A stretch of 44,538 bases of DNA from Octopus sinensis (GCF_006345805.1 NW_021835033.1:1-44538); one strand, 5' to 3'; positions 1 through 34,924 are shown, numbered from the stretch's first letter. Translations and numbers: made by a program. Notes: a model not told the origin generated them from the sequence alone.

Positions 1-42
1 TAAAATTTGTCCTGTTTATAAGTATACCATATGTTACACCAC

Positions 43-75
<33 letters not shown>

Positions 76-134
76 CATACAAATATATATTATGTATGTA
101 TGTATATGTGTATATAATATATATATATATATAC

Positions 135-375
135 CGGGTAGTACGTAAACAATAAATGTGAAACAAGGTGAAAAAAAAGAGTACTCAAATACCAGGGATA
201 GAGTATATGCTTATTAAAAGCAGCAGAAATTCAACAAAACCTGTTACTCGGAGTTTCACGTTCCCGTTCGTCGGACAGTTTTATAATTTTAACAAAAACT
301 GTCCAACGAACGGGAAGTGAAACACAGAGTAGAGTAGTAACAAGTTTGTTGAATTTCTGCTGCTTTTAAATAAAG
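135..375. mobile_element. Penelope-like pseudo-LTR fragment with an inverted partial duplication, inside (TA)n
   Basis: Arms about 210-282 and 295-373 are reverse complements (aaaagcagcagaaattcaacaaa / tttgttgaatttctgctgctttt), each with a hammerhead-like core; flanked by TA microsatellite. Confidence 0.55.
241..278 (-). ncRNA. Minimal type I hammerhead-ribozyme-like motif of the kind found in Penelope-like elements
   Basis: Minus strand reads CUGU-CCGACGA-ACG GGAA CGU-GAAA-CUC C GAG-UA-ACAG: stem I CUGU/ACAG, stem II 3 bp + GNRA loop, near-palindromic stem III, GUA cleavage triplet. One core deviation (U4C). Confidence 0.6.
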
Positions 376-437
376 TATATATATATATGTATGTATGTAT
401 ATGTATGTATGTATGTATGTATGTATATCCCACCCAC

Positions 438-778
438 ATGCTGGGTTCAGTCCAACTGCATGGCACCTTGGGCAACTATCTTGTTTTATACCCTCGGACT
501 AACCAAGACCTTTGTGCGGTCAGAAACTGAAAGAAGCCCATCGTGTGTGTGTGTGTCTTTGTATGTGTGTGTGTGTGCATGTGTGTGTGTGTGTGTGTGT
601 ATGTTTGTGTTTGTCACTGTAACTTAGCATTTCAGCGAAAGAGATCAATAGAATAAGTTCCAGGATTTATGATACAAAAAAGGAATTACTCCTGGGGTCG
701 ATATATTCAGCTAAAATTCTTCAAAGCAATGCTCCAACATGGTCCCTGTCTAATGACTGGTACAAGTAAAATATTAAA
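438..778 (+). mobile_element. SINE family A, diverged 5'-truncated copy
   Basis: gggttcagtccaactgcatggcaccttgggcaa ... internal (TG)n ... ctccaacatgg ... acaagtaaaa. Confidence 0.7.
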
Positions 779-786
779 AATATATA

Positions 787-1190
787 GGCACAGGAGTGGC
801 TGTGTGGTAAGTAGCTTGCTAACCAGCCACAAGTTTCCGGGTTCAGTCCCACTGCGTGGATATTGGGCAAGTGTCTTCTGCTATAGCCTCGGGCCGACCA
901 ATGCCTTGTGAGTGGATTTGGTAGACGGAAACTGAAAGAGCCCTGTCGTATATATGTATAATAATGCTGTGTGTGTTTGTGTGTCTGTGTTGTCCCCCTA
1001 GCATTGCTTGACAACTGATGCTGGTGTGTTTACATCCCCGTCACTTAGCGGTTTGGCAAATGAGACCGATAGAATAAGTACTGGGCTTACAAAGAATAAG
1101 TCCAGGGTCGATTAGCTCGACTAAAGGCAGTGTCTCCAGCCTGGCTGCAGTCAAATGACTGAAACAAGTAAAAGAGTAAAAGAGTAAAAG
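787..1190 (+). mobile_element. tRNA-derived SINE family A, full length
   Basis: A-box-like TGGCTGTGTGG, B-box-like GGTTCAGTCCC, internal TA/TG microsatellite, (GTAAAAGA)n tail; about 10 related copies in the window. Confidence 0.85.
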
Positions 1191-1309
1191 ACATAAATAT
1201 ATAATAGGTAATAGGTGCAGGTATGGTTGTGTGGTTAAGAAGTTTGCTTCCCATCCCTAAGGTTTCAGGTTCTGTTCCTCTGCATGAATTGAGGAATAAC
1301 ATAAATAGA

Positions 1310-1478
1310 AATACACTCTTTTCTACTCTAGGCACAAGGCCCGAAATTTTTGGGGAGAGGGCTAGTCGATTATGCAACTGGTACTTAATTTATTGGCCCC
1401 CAAATGGATGAAAGGCAAAGTCGACCTCGGCTAAGAATTTCACCTGGCGTGCTAACGTTTCTGCAAGCTCGCCGTCTT
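1310..1478 (-). mobile_element. SINE family B copy
   Basis: ggatgaaaggcaaagtcgacctcgg and gtgctaacgtttctgcaagctcgccg match the reverse complement of family B. Confidence 0.7.
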
Positions 1479-1674
1479 ATGAATAGAAATATACTGAGTA
1501 GCATTGTTGAAACAATACTGACAGTGAAGATCTCCATGGAAATTGTTGATCTTTCGAATATATCAAATAAATTTTCGCTTAAAATAAATATTTGTCCTTT
1601 AAAGGACTCAGGTAAAATATCCTTAATGTTATTAATTAGAGGAGCTATCCAAGGAAAATTACTTGCTAAAGCAG

Positions 1675-2250
1675 CAGACATGTTTTCTTACAAACATCAG
1701 ACATCTTTTTTTCAAACATCAGGTATATCTTTGGTCTAACAATAGCCATGTCTTCTTTCAAACATAGGACACATCTTTCAAGCACCTGACATGTTTTTCT
1801 TACAAACATCAGACATCTTTTTTTACAAACATCAGGTATGTCTTTGGTCAAACAATATCCATGCCTTCTTTCAAACATAGGACACATCTGACATGTTTTT
1901 CTTACAAACATCAGACATCTTTTTTCAAACATCAGGTATGTCTTTGGTCTAACAATAGCCATGTCTTCTTTCAAACATAGGAGACATCTTTCAAACATCT
2001 AATATGTCCTTCAAACATCAGACATGCCTTTGGTCAAACAATAGTCACATTTTCTTCAAACATTGGATATGTCTTGTTTCAAACATCAGACATGTCCTCT
2101 TTCAAACATCAAATATGTCTTTGATCAAACAATAGCCATATCTTCTTTTTCACATAAGGCACATCTTCCATCAAGCATCAAACATGTCTTCCTTCAAACA
2201 CCAGACATGTCATTGACCAAACAATAGCCATGCTTTCTTTCAAACACATC
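1675..2250. repeat. Hierarchical minisatellite (about 20-bp subunit CAAACATCAGACAT..., about 110-120-bp higher-order unit)
   Basis: Recurrent caaacatcagacatc / ggtc(t/a)aacaatagccatg blocks. Confidence 0.85.
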
Positions 2251-2258
2251 ACTGTTAT

Positions 2259-3235
2259 TTAACCCGTATTTATTTTGAGGTTACCTGTGTTTCTTTCAAT
2301 CAATTTTAAATATAACAAAGAATTTAGTAAAATAACTTAGTTATCATTAAGCTAGTGTTAGGAACATAGATTATGACTAAGGTTTGGTGGAAGATTTTAA
2401 TTCAAAACTTATGAAAATAAGACATTTGTACTACAGAACCAGAAGTGGTTTCAGCTGGGTTGGTATTAAAAGGGTTAAGAATTGTTTCTCTATTATATAT
2501 TTAACCCTTTCGTTACTGTATTTATTTTGAGATGTTCTGTGTTTCTTTCAATTAATTTTAAATATAACAAAGAATTTAGTAAAATAACTTTCTTATCATT
2601 CAGCTAGTGTTAGGAACATAAATTGTGACTAAGGTTTGGTGGAAGATTTTAATTCAGAACTTATGAAAACAAGACATTTGTACTCAGAGCCAGAGGTGGT
2701 TTTAGCTGGGTTGGTATTAAAAGGGTTAAGAATTGTTTCTCTATTATATATTTAACCCTTTCGTTACTGTATTTATTTTGAGATGTTCTGTGTTTCTTTC
2801 AATTACTTTAAATATAACAAAGAAATGAGTAAAATAAACTTGGTTATCATTCAGCTAGTGTTAGGAACATAAATTGTGACTAACGTTTGGTGGAAGATTT
2901 TAATTCAAAACTTATGGAAACAAGACATTTGTACTCAGAGCCAGAGGTGGTTTTAGCTGGGTTTGGTATTAAAAAGGTTAAGAATTGTTTCTCTCTCCGA
3001 TATCTTTTAACCCCTTTCGTTACTGTATTTATTTTGAGATGTTCTTTTTTCTTTCAATTACTTTAAATATAACAAAGAAATGAGTAAAATAAACTTGGTT
3101 CATTCAGCTAGGGGTTAGGACATAAATTGTGACTAACGTTTGGTGGAAGATTTTTTATTCAAAACTTATGGAACCAAGACATTTGTACTACAGAGCCAGA
3201 GGTGGTTTCAGCTGGGTTGGTATCAAAAGGGTTAA
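2259..3235 (+). mobile_element. Head-to-tail array of four piggyBac-type MITEs (about 225 bp each plus spacer)
   Basis: Units run TTAA|CCCTTT...AAAGGG|TTAA (the first unit start and third unit end are diverged); TTAA at 2259, 2475, 2501, 2726, 2752, 2978, 3007, 3232; spacer gaattgtttctct... Confidence 0.85.
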
Positions 3236-3340
3236 AGGGTTTGCACTAAATACCTCTAAACACACCTATAACGCTTTTCTTAAGACTTCTCTTGTTAAAC
3301 TCATTTTACATGAATTCTTTACCGATTCTTTACTCCACAG

Positions 3341-25476
<22,136 letters not shown>

Positions 25477-26196
25477 GTAAGTAGAAACTCTATGCCAACG
25501 CTTTGCAATGTTTACCATTGTCTTCTTCCAGCTTTTTCTTCCTTATTCTTCCTTTTTTCTTATTTGATTTCTAGTCAGCCACCTGGCATTAGTTACACAG
25601 ACAGAATTACCAGATCATATTTACCATATTCCATACTGTGCATGATTGGTATGGTTCTAACCATCACACCCTTTCCTTCTCTTAACTTCACCAAGCACAC
25701 ATACACACATACACACAAACACACACACACACATATGCACGTACACACACAGTTTTTTTTTTTTTTAAATGTACTTTGATTTACATATGACATGGAAAAA
25801 GGAAAGAGAATGGTACACAGAGAAATTATATTGGAGACATGGCGTCTGTTGGAATTTCTAGAAGAATATGAAATGCCAGTAAATTGCTTCTTGACAAATA
25901 GAAGTTAGTTTTATTTATAATTTGTTGATTTACTGATGGACACTGTAGATTACAAGTGTGTGTGTGTCTCTGTGTGATGCATATATATATATATATGTAG
26001 GTATAAATAATATATATATATATAATGATATATATATATATCTATAGATATATGCATATATCTACACACTCATATTTATGTATGTATAAAGATATATGTA
26101 TATAAAAAACCTGTATATCTATATCTATATATTATATATATATAAGATATATGTATATATATATGTACATTTATATCTATAATCTATCTATATATA

Positions 26197-26268
<72 letters not shown>

Positions 26269-26653
26269 TATATATTATATATTATATTATGTATGTATGT
26301 ATGTATGTATATATGTGTATATATATTTATATATATATATTATATATATATACATACATACACATATTATATGTATGTATGTATGTATGTATGCATGTAT
26401 GTGTGTATGTATGTATGTATGTATGTATGCATGTATGTATGTATGTATGTATGTATGTATGCATGTATGTATGTGTATATGTATGTATATATATGTGTGT
26501 GTACAGTATACATATATATACCTATATATGTATACATATAGATAAATACATATATATGTATGTATGTGTACATATATATATCTACGCAAATATACATATA
26601 CATATACACACATACACACACATATATATATGTATATGTGTGTGTGTGTATAT

Positions 26654-26714
<61 letters not shown>

Positions 26715-27274
26715 ATTGTTTGCCTTTATGTTGAGTTAAAATAATTTTTAAAATTAACATTAAAATGAAGAGTTACTTAATACTTTTTGTTGAGTGGAGT
26801 CCAAGGAAATATGGAAGACCAACCCTTCCAAGTCACTGTCACTCCGCTTCTTGTAAAAGAGAGAGAGGTAGGAAGGAGGGAGAGAGAATGCAATAAATGT
26901 GTGTGTATGTGTGTGTGTGAGTGTGTTTACATAGAAAAGAAAAGAAAGCAAGAGTGTTTCTTTATAAGATGTAAATAACTCCATCTTACATACATTTCAT
27001 TTATGTAAGATGATTATTGGTTACAAAATGTAGACTTACAAATTTACATAATCCCCACTTGTTGCCAATTCATCAGAGATGTCATGGTCATCATCTTCAT
27101 CATCACTATCATCATCATGTGTAATCAATAAATGTAATATTCTTGGAAAGAACATGTAACAAAAGTAATAGTGAAATTGGAGATGGCCCACAACAGTATA
27201 TTTATACATATATATATATATATGTAGATATACACCTGTATGTGTATGTATTTAGATCCCATTTTCCTTTGCCA

Positions 27275-27506
27275 TTTCTTTACTGCCCACAAGGGGCAAC
27301 ACACAGAGGGGACAAACAAAGACAGACAAATGGATTAAGTCGATTATAGCGACCCCAGTGCATAACTGCTACTTATTTAATCGACCCCGAAAGGATGAAA
27401 GGCAAAGTTGACCTTGGCGGAATTTGAACTCAGAACGTAGTGGCAGATGAAATACTGCCAAGCATTTCACCTGGCATGCTAACGTTTCTGCCAGCTCGCC
27501 GCCTTA
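27275..27506 (-). mobile_element. SINE family B, full length
   Basis: atttctttactgcccacaagggg ... gtttctgccagctcgccgcctt. Confidence 0.85.
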
Positions 27507-27933
27507 GGGGAGATAAATATTATCTCTTTATTGTAGATCATCATCATCATCATCCAGTATTTTAAATTCGGGTTTTGTCCCCATTAACAGGAGTGGCCGG
27601 ATCTACCTCAATGCAATAGCAGCTGAGGTAGGCAGGTGCAGCCCACCCCAACCTTTGGACTGGCTGGTGCCCATTCTCCCTTGCTACCATGAGGCTTTAT
27701 TGGAGCTGGATTTTCTACAGGGAGCATGCCCTTGCTTACCCCCAGCCTCAGCTTCAAGGCATGAGTGGTCCCAAGACCAAGGCTTCTACCACGATTTTTA
27801 AGAAATGTTGTGAAAATCTAGCTCAGGAAAGCAGGGACGCTACTCCCTGAGACCCCTTTTGGAGCCCCCACCCCACCCCACCCACTAGATATACCTGCTC
27901 AATTGAAACACTGCCTATAGCCAATCTACACTG

Positions 27934-28242
27934 GGTGGAAGCACATGGCCTAGTGGTTAGAGCAGCGGACTCGCAGTTGAGGGATCGCGGGTTGGAATCT
28001 CAGACCGGGCGATGTGTGTGTTTATGAGTGAAACACCTAAGCACCACACGGCTCCAGCAGAAGGTAATGACAAAACTTCTGCTGACTCTTCTGCCACAAC
28101 ATTCTCTACTCTTCCCTCCTGCATCTTGCAGCTCACCTGTGATGGACCGGCGTCCCATCCAGGTGGGGAACCTATACGCCAAGAAACTGAGAAACCGGCC
28201 CTTATGAGCCAGGTATGGCTAGAGAAGGAACAAACAACAAAA
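27934..28242 (+). mobile_element. SINE family E with an 11-bp target-site duplication
   Basis: TSD aatctacactg at 27923-27933 and 28243-28253; homologous to 21287-21590. Confidence 0.9.
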
Positions 28243-28653
28243 AATCTACACTGAGCAACAATAACATCCTTGCTTTTTTAGTTGTAGTTCAAGTTGGAGT
28301 TTCGGCTGCAAATCAATCTGAACACTAATTGCATGTACCTATAAATCTACATCATCAGACGTAATATTACCTGTATTATATATTTTATGTGTGTATACAT
28401 ATTTCTATTTGTATGTGTATGTATATGTGTAGTTGTACATATATATGTGTGTATATGTGTATATGTAAATATATGTCTCTTTGTGTGTATGTGTGTGTGT
28501 GTGTGCATATATATATGTGTGTGTGTGTGTATGTCTGTCTGTGTGTGTATGTGTATATATATATATGTGTGTGTGTGTGTATGTATATATATATATATAT
28601 ATATGTGTGCGTGTATATATATATGTATATCTGTGTATGTATGTATATCCATA

Positions 28654-28702
<49 letters not shown>

Positions 28703-29316
28703 ATGTGTGTGTGTGTTTGTGTGTGTGTATATGTATATATATATGTGTATATATATGTGTAAGTATATGTATATATGTGTGTATATATATGTATATATGT
28801 GTGTGTGTGTATATATATATATATACATATATATATACACATATGTGTATATATACATATACACATACAAATATATAATACATGCATGCATACACACACA
28901 CAGATGCACTATTATAGTATGCCGACTCCTCCCACTCCACGGCGTAGTGTTATATGTATTACATGGATAAAACGTTTAATTATTTTATCTATTACGATGA
29001 TGAAGTAATTAAGGAAGTCAAAGCCTAGGATGGGATAATAATTGACATTAGGCGAGATATTGACAATTCAACAGGGCCATTGATCTATGTAGGTGAGTGT
29101 GTGTGTGTGTGTGTGCGTTTGCTTGCATGCATGTGTCTGTGTGTGTGTGTTTACATACATATGTACATGCATCTGTGTGTGTCCATGTGTTGGCATATGT
29201 ATGTATGTATGTATACATACATGCATATAGACAGATAGATTGTGATATATGCATATATATGTGTGTGTGTGTGTGTATACCTACATATATATATATATAT
29301 ATATATATAGATATAT

Positions 29317-29514
29317 AGGAGTGGCTGTATGGTAAGTAGCTTGCTTACCAACCATATGATTCCGGGTTCAGTCCCACTGCATAGCACCTTGGGCAAGTGT
29401 CTTCTACTATAGTCTCGGGCTGACCAAAACCTTGTGAGTAGATTTGGTAGATGGAAACTGAAAGAAGCATGTTGTTTATATGTGTATATATATACACATA
29501 TATACTACTAGTAG

Positions 29515-29566
<52 letters not shown>

Positions 29567-29870
29567 GATGTATGGTATGTATGTATGTATGTATGTATGT
29601 ATGTATGTATGCATGTATTAATGTATATGTATATACATATATATGTATGTATATGTATGTGTTTCTGTGTCTGTGTTTGTACCCCCCGACATCGCTTCAC
29701 ACCCAATGCTGGTGTGTTTACATCGTCGTAACAGAGCAGTTCAGCAAAAGAGACCGATAGAATAAGTACTAGGACTTACAAAGATTAAGTCCTGGGATCG
29801 ATTTACTCGACTAAAGGTGGTGCTTCAGCATGGCCGCAGTCAAATGACTCAAACAAATAAAAGAATAAAT
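29317..29870 (+). mobile_element. SINE family A
   Basis: ggagtggctgtatggtaagtagcttg ... cagcatggccgcagtcaaatgac. Confidence 0.85.
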
Positions 29871-29902
29871 ATATATATTAACGGATGTACAAATAGGTAA
29901 TG

Positions 29903-29953
<51 letters not shown>

Positions 29954-30115
29954 GATAGATGATAATCGTAGGTCGTAGATAGATAGATAGATAGATAGGT
30001 AGACAGGTAGATAGATTAGAATGATAGATAGATAGATAATAATAGATCGATAGATAATAGATAGATAGATATATAGATAGATAGATAGATAGGTAGACAA
30101 GGTATAGGATAGAAT

Positions 30116-30151
<36 letters not shown>

Positions 30152-30156
30152 CATAC

Positions 30157-30196
<40 letters not shown>

Positions 30197-30223
30197 GTAG
30201 GTAGACAGGTAGATAGATAGAAT

Positions 30224-30290
<67 letters not shown>

Positions 30291-30292
30291 TG
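29903..30292. repeat. (GATA)n microsatellite
   Basis: Direct reading. Confidence 0.95.
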
Positions 30293-30711
30293 AGATATAT
30301 GTATATGTATATATATGTGTGTGTGTGTGCGTATATATACCAAAAAGCACATATGTGTATATGAATTTCCAAAATTTTACCTACAATCCAAATACGCCCA
30401 CTCCAACTCTGTGAACCATTTCTATGTAAAAATCACAAACTCCAATTCAAATGACATTTCAAGTTTAGGTAAGAATTCTAAAATTTTGTACTTTTCATTG
30501 TTTTAACAATTTCTCCTGAAATATTCTACCATTTTCTCTGCATGAAATATAGGAGACCTCTCCCTCAACAAAGTCTAAATGGGACTGAGTGGTTGACATA
30601 TAGAATAAAGGGACCAAAACCCTAAATTCAAACCCAGACATTAACATTTCATTGTCCCCTTTACAGACACTACAACACTCTAAATCAAAGTGGGTTATTT
30701 ATACATACATA

Positions 30712-30930
30712 TGAGGGGAGGGGCTGGAAAGTTCCTGGCTTTGGGTAAAAGAATATAAAGGGGAATCAGTTAATTATGGTTTTATTGAACATATTCCCCT
30801 CCCAGATTCACACACTCATTGCAGCGGTCCTTCAGTTTTTCTAAGCTCTGCAAAAGAACATGGAAGGTTGGGCCTCCAGCCAAGCCTTTTACAATACCTT
30901 CAAACCCAGGAATTTTACAGCACCCCCTCA
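30712..30930. mobile_element. Tc1/mariner-type MITE
   Basis: TA|TGAGGGG..GCTGGAAAGTTCCTGGCTTT ... AAACCCAGGAATTTTACAGCACCCCCTCA|TA: imperfect TIRs with a TA duplication. Confidence 0.75.
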
Positions 30931-30947
30931 TAGATACAGGCAGCAGT

Positions 30948-30987
<40 letters not shown>

Positions 30988-31030
30988 TATATGCATATAC
31001 ATACATGTGTGTGTGTGTGTGCGTGTGTGT

Positions 31031-31190
31031 ATTGACAAACTACATGTGACAGCTAAGGAGGTAGACCTGAATATTGTTAGAAATAGAGGATTATATTTGT
31101 TTAATGACACAGTTGTGGAGACTCACATACAGAACTTGAAGTTTCAGTGTTGGCAATACAATGAACACAGCACTCTTCAGATGCCACAAG

Positions 31191-31286
<96 letters not shown>

Positions 31287-31448
31287 TGACAAACTGCATG
31301 TGACAGCTAAGGAGGTAGACCTGAATATTGTTAGAAATAGAGGATTATATTTATTTAATGACACAGTTATGGAGATTCACATACAGAACTTGAAGTTCCT
31401 GTGTTGGCAATACAATGAACACAGCACTCTTCAGATGCCACAAGCTCT
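31031..31448 (-). repeat. Tandem duplication of a 164-bp unit separated by (TG)n; contains a degenerate hammerhead-like motif
   Basis: Copies 31031-31194 and 31285-31448 differ at about 6 sites. Confidence 0.85.
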
Positions 31449-31859
31449 GTGTGTGTGTGTGTGTGTGTTTGTCTCTCTCCACCACTTGACAACTGGTGCT
31501 GGTGTATTTATGTCCCCATAACTTAGCATTTCAGCAAAAGAGACCAATAGAATGAGTACTAGGCTAAAAAAAAGAGCCAAAAAATCCTTAGTCGATTTGT
31601 TTGACTAAAACCAAATGACTGGAACAAATAAAAGAGGACAGATAAAAGATAATCCAGGAAATGGTTTTGTGGAATTGTAAAAATGTCAGACCAAGTGCAT
31701 TGTGGTGTTTGTTCCAGTTTTTGCATTCTGCATTTAAATCCTATTCTGACCAACTCATATAACAGACTTCACCTGTAGCCGTTTAACATCACTACCTGGC
31801 ATCTTGGTTGCTTTTAGCAGAATCTACTCTGTAGCAAGCATGCAGGTCAGGTGGTCTCT

Positions 31860-32245
31860 ATACTCTTTTTACTCTTTTACTTGTTTCAGTCATGTGATTG
31901 TGGCCATGCTGGAGCACCGCCTTTAGTCGATCAAATTGACCCCAGGACTTATTCTTTGTAAGCCTAGTACTTATTTTATCGGTCTCTTTTTTGCCGAACC
32001 GCTAAGTAAACACACCAGCATCGGTTGTCAAGCGATGTTGGGGGGACAAACACACATATTATATACATATACATATATATATGATGGGCTTCTTTCAGTT
32101 TCCATCTACCAAATCCACTCACAAGGCTTTGGTCGGCCCGAGGCTATAGTTGAAGACACTTACCCAAGGTTCCACGCAGTGGGACTGAACCCAAAACCAT
32201 GTGGTTCGTAAGCAAGCTACTTACCACACAACCACTCCTACGCCT
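31860..32245 (-). mobile_element. SINE family A, full length, reverse orientation
   Basis: ctcttttacttgtttcagtca ... cttaccacacaaccactcctacgcc. Confidence 0.85.
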
Positions 32246-32393
32246 ATTTGGAGAAAATCTTTCTTTCTCCTTTCCACTAGTTTCAGAGGATCTCTAAAGG
32301 ATCATTGGCACAGCCTCCACTACTGGCCAAAAAGATAAAATTAAAATTCTGATTGAACCAACTTGGGAGAAGAAGAATGGTGTTCTCCCATGA

Positions 32394-32621
32394 TTAACCC
32401 TTTTGTTACTGTATTTATTTTCAGATGCTCTCTGTTTCTTTCAATTACTTTAAATATAACAAAGAATTTAGTAAAATAACTTAGTTATAATTCAGCTAGT
32501 GTTAAACACATAAATTGTGACAAAGGTTTGGTGGAAGATATTAATACAAAACTTATGCAAACAAGACATTTGTACTCAGAGCCAGAGCCAGTTTCAGCCG
32601 GGTTGGTAACGAAAGGGTTGA
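32394..32621 (+). mobile_element. Solo piggyBac-type MITE
   Basis: TTAA|CCCTTTTGTTAC ... GTAACGAAAGGG|TTGA. Confidence 0.85.
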
Positions 32622-32624
32622 AAT

Positions 32625-32940
32625 ACATTAGTACTAATACCTTACCTTTCAACTACATTCAGAAGCATTGGTGTTACACCCTAACCATTCTGCTACATTC
32701 TCAAGCATTGGTGTCAATGCCCTCCTTCTACATTCCCAAACTTTGATATTAAAGCCACACCTTCTTACATTCACTAACACTGGTAGTTATGCCACACCTT
32801 CCAACTACATTCACAAACATTGGTATTAATATCCCTTTCCTACTAATTTGCATGCATTGGAATTAAAGCCACACCTTCCTATTACATGCACAAACATTGG
32901 TATTAAAGCCACACCCTCCTGTTACATTCACAAACATTCT
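32625..32940. repeat. Degenerate minisatellite, about 38-40 bp unit
   Basis: Recurrent tacattcacaaacattggtattaaagccacacc. Confidence 0.7.
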
Positions 32941-33103
32941 CAAAGACCAAGTAGATTATCAATGTTATATCATGTTTCTACCAATTTTCTACCAGACCAC
33001 TCTCTCCCATTCTGCATGCTACCTTTTGGAATGATTCTTTACTTTGAAAAATCTTCTAATTATTTAATCATTTCTTTCATCACTCTGTAAGGAATTATTA
33101 TTA

Positions 33104-33191
<88 letters not shown>

Positions 33192-33449
33192 ACAGTAAGA
33201 AGAGCAATGATGTAGCATGTCATAAAAACACAAATTGATTCTTCATTGAAGTGAACAATATTTTGGCAGAATGTCTGTCTGTCTGTCTTCAGGTTCAAAA
33301 TAAGACAAGAATAATGAAACATGAGAAATACACTGAAATATAGAAATTCAAAATCTTGATTGGACTGTCTTTTGTTCTTCTCTGGACAAAATAGCATCAC
33401 CATGTTCCACTTGTTTGTAACTGGTTGAAACAAGGAGATAGATTAGACT

Positions 33450-33451
33450 GA

Positions 33452-33482
<31 letters not shown>

Positions 33483-33980
33483 GAAGGAAGGAAGAACAAA
33501 AGAAAGCATGAAAGAATAAAAGAAAGAATGAAAGAAAGAAAAATGAAAGAAAGAGTGAAAGAAAGAACGAAAGAAAGAAAGAATGAATGAATGAATGAAA
33601 GAATGAAAGAGAGAAAGAACAGAAGAACAAAAGAACAAAAGAAAAAATGAAAGAAAAAAGAACGAAAGAAGGAAAAAAAGAAAAGAAAGAATGAATGAAA
33701 GAAAGAACAAAAGAAAAAAGAACAAAAGAATGAACGAACGAAAGAAAGAATGAAAGAAGAGAAAGAACAAAAGAAGAGAAAGAATGAAAGAAAGAAAGAA
33801 AGAATGAAAGAATGAAAGAAAGGAAAACAAAAGAAAGGAAGAAAGAACGAAAGAAAGAACGAAAGAAGGAAAGAAAAAATGAAAGAAAGAGAGAATGAAT
33901 GAATGAATGAAAGAATAAAAGAACAAAAGAAAGAACAAAAGAAAGAATGAAAGAATGAAAGAATGAAAGAAAGAAAGAAC
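33450..33980. repeat. (GAAA)n/(GAAT)n polypurine tract
   Basis: Direct reading. Confidence 0.9.
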
Positions 33981-34469
33981 TTCCTTTTCCTTTCTTTCTT
34001 TCTTTTTTCTTTAACTTGTTACAAATAAGTGAAACTTGATTACATCTTTTTGTCCAGAAAGGAATGCAAGATAGTCCAGTTGAAATTCTGAATTTCTGCA
34101 ATTTTTCTGCATTTTCCATTTATTCATTATTCCTGTTATATTTTCGGTAGCAAAGGTGGCAGAGCCATTAGCACACCAGGCAAAATGCTTAGCAACATTT
34201 CGTCTGTCTTCACGTTCTGAGTTCAAATTCTGCCTTCGCCTTTTATCCTTTCAGAATCAATAAAACAAGTACCGGTATGTAATTGATTCATCCCCCTCCC
34301 CCAACATTGCTGGCCTCGTGCCAAAATATGAAACCAATATTCTTGTCCTATTCTGAACCCAAAGAAGACAGACCCACTCTGAAAATACTGTTCAATTCAA
34401 TAAACTATGTCAATCCGTGCTTTATTTCATATTGCATCATGTGTTTTTAATTGTATATTTAACTTCGTA

Positions 34470-34649
34470 AATTATTATCCTCATTATCATCATCATCATC
34501 ATCATCATCATTATTATTATTATTATTATTATTATCATCATCATTATTATTCTCATAATTATTATTATCCTTCTTATTAATATCATTATCATTTTTTATT
34601 ATTATTATTGTTATTATTATTATTTATTATTATCTCATCATCATCATCA

Positions 34650-34680
<31 letters not shown>

Positions 34681-34864
34681 CCTTCATATTAATATTATTA
34701 TCATTATTATTATCATTTTTATTATTATCCTTCTTATTGATATTATTGTCATTATTATTATCATTTATTATTATTATTATTATTATCCTTCATATTAATA
34801 TTATTATTATTGAGTGAGAGAGCAGTTCTATTATTATTGTTATTATTATTATTATTTACTGTTA

Positions 34865-34924
<60 letters not shown>

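Noticed and set aside
1666-1998. Repetitive Cys-containing 110-aa ORF, superficially zinc-finger-like
   Set aside because: Product of a minisatellite; no C2H2 spacing, and the frame is not preserved between units.
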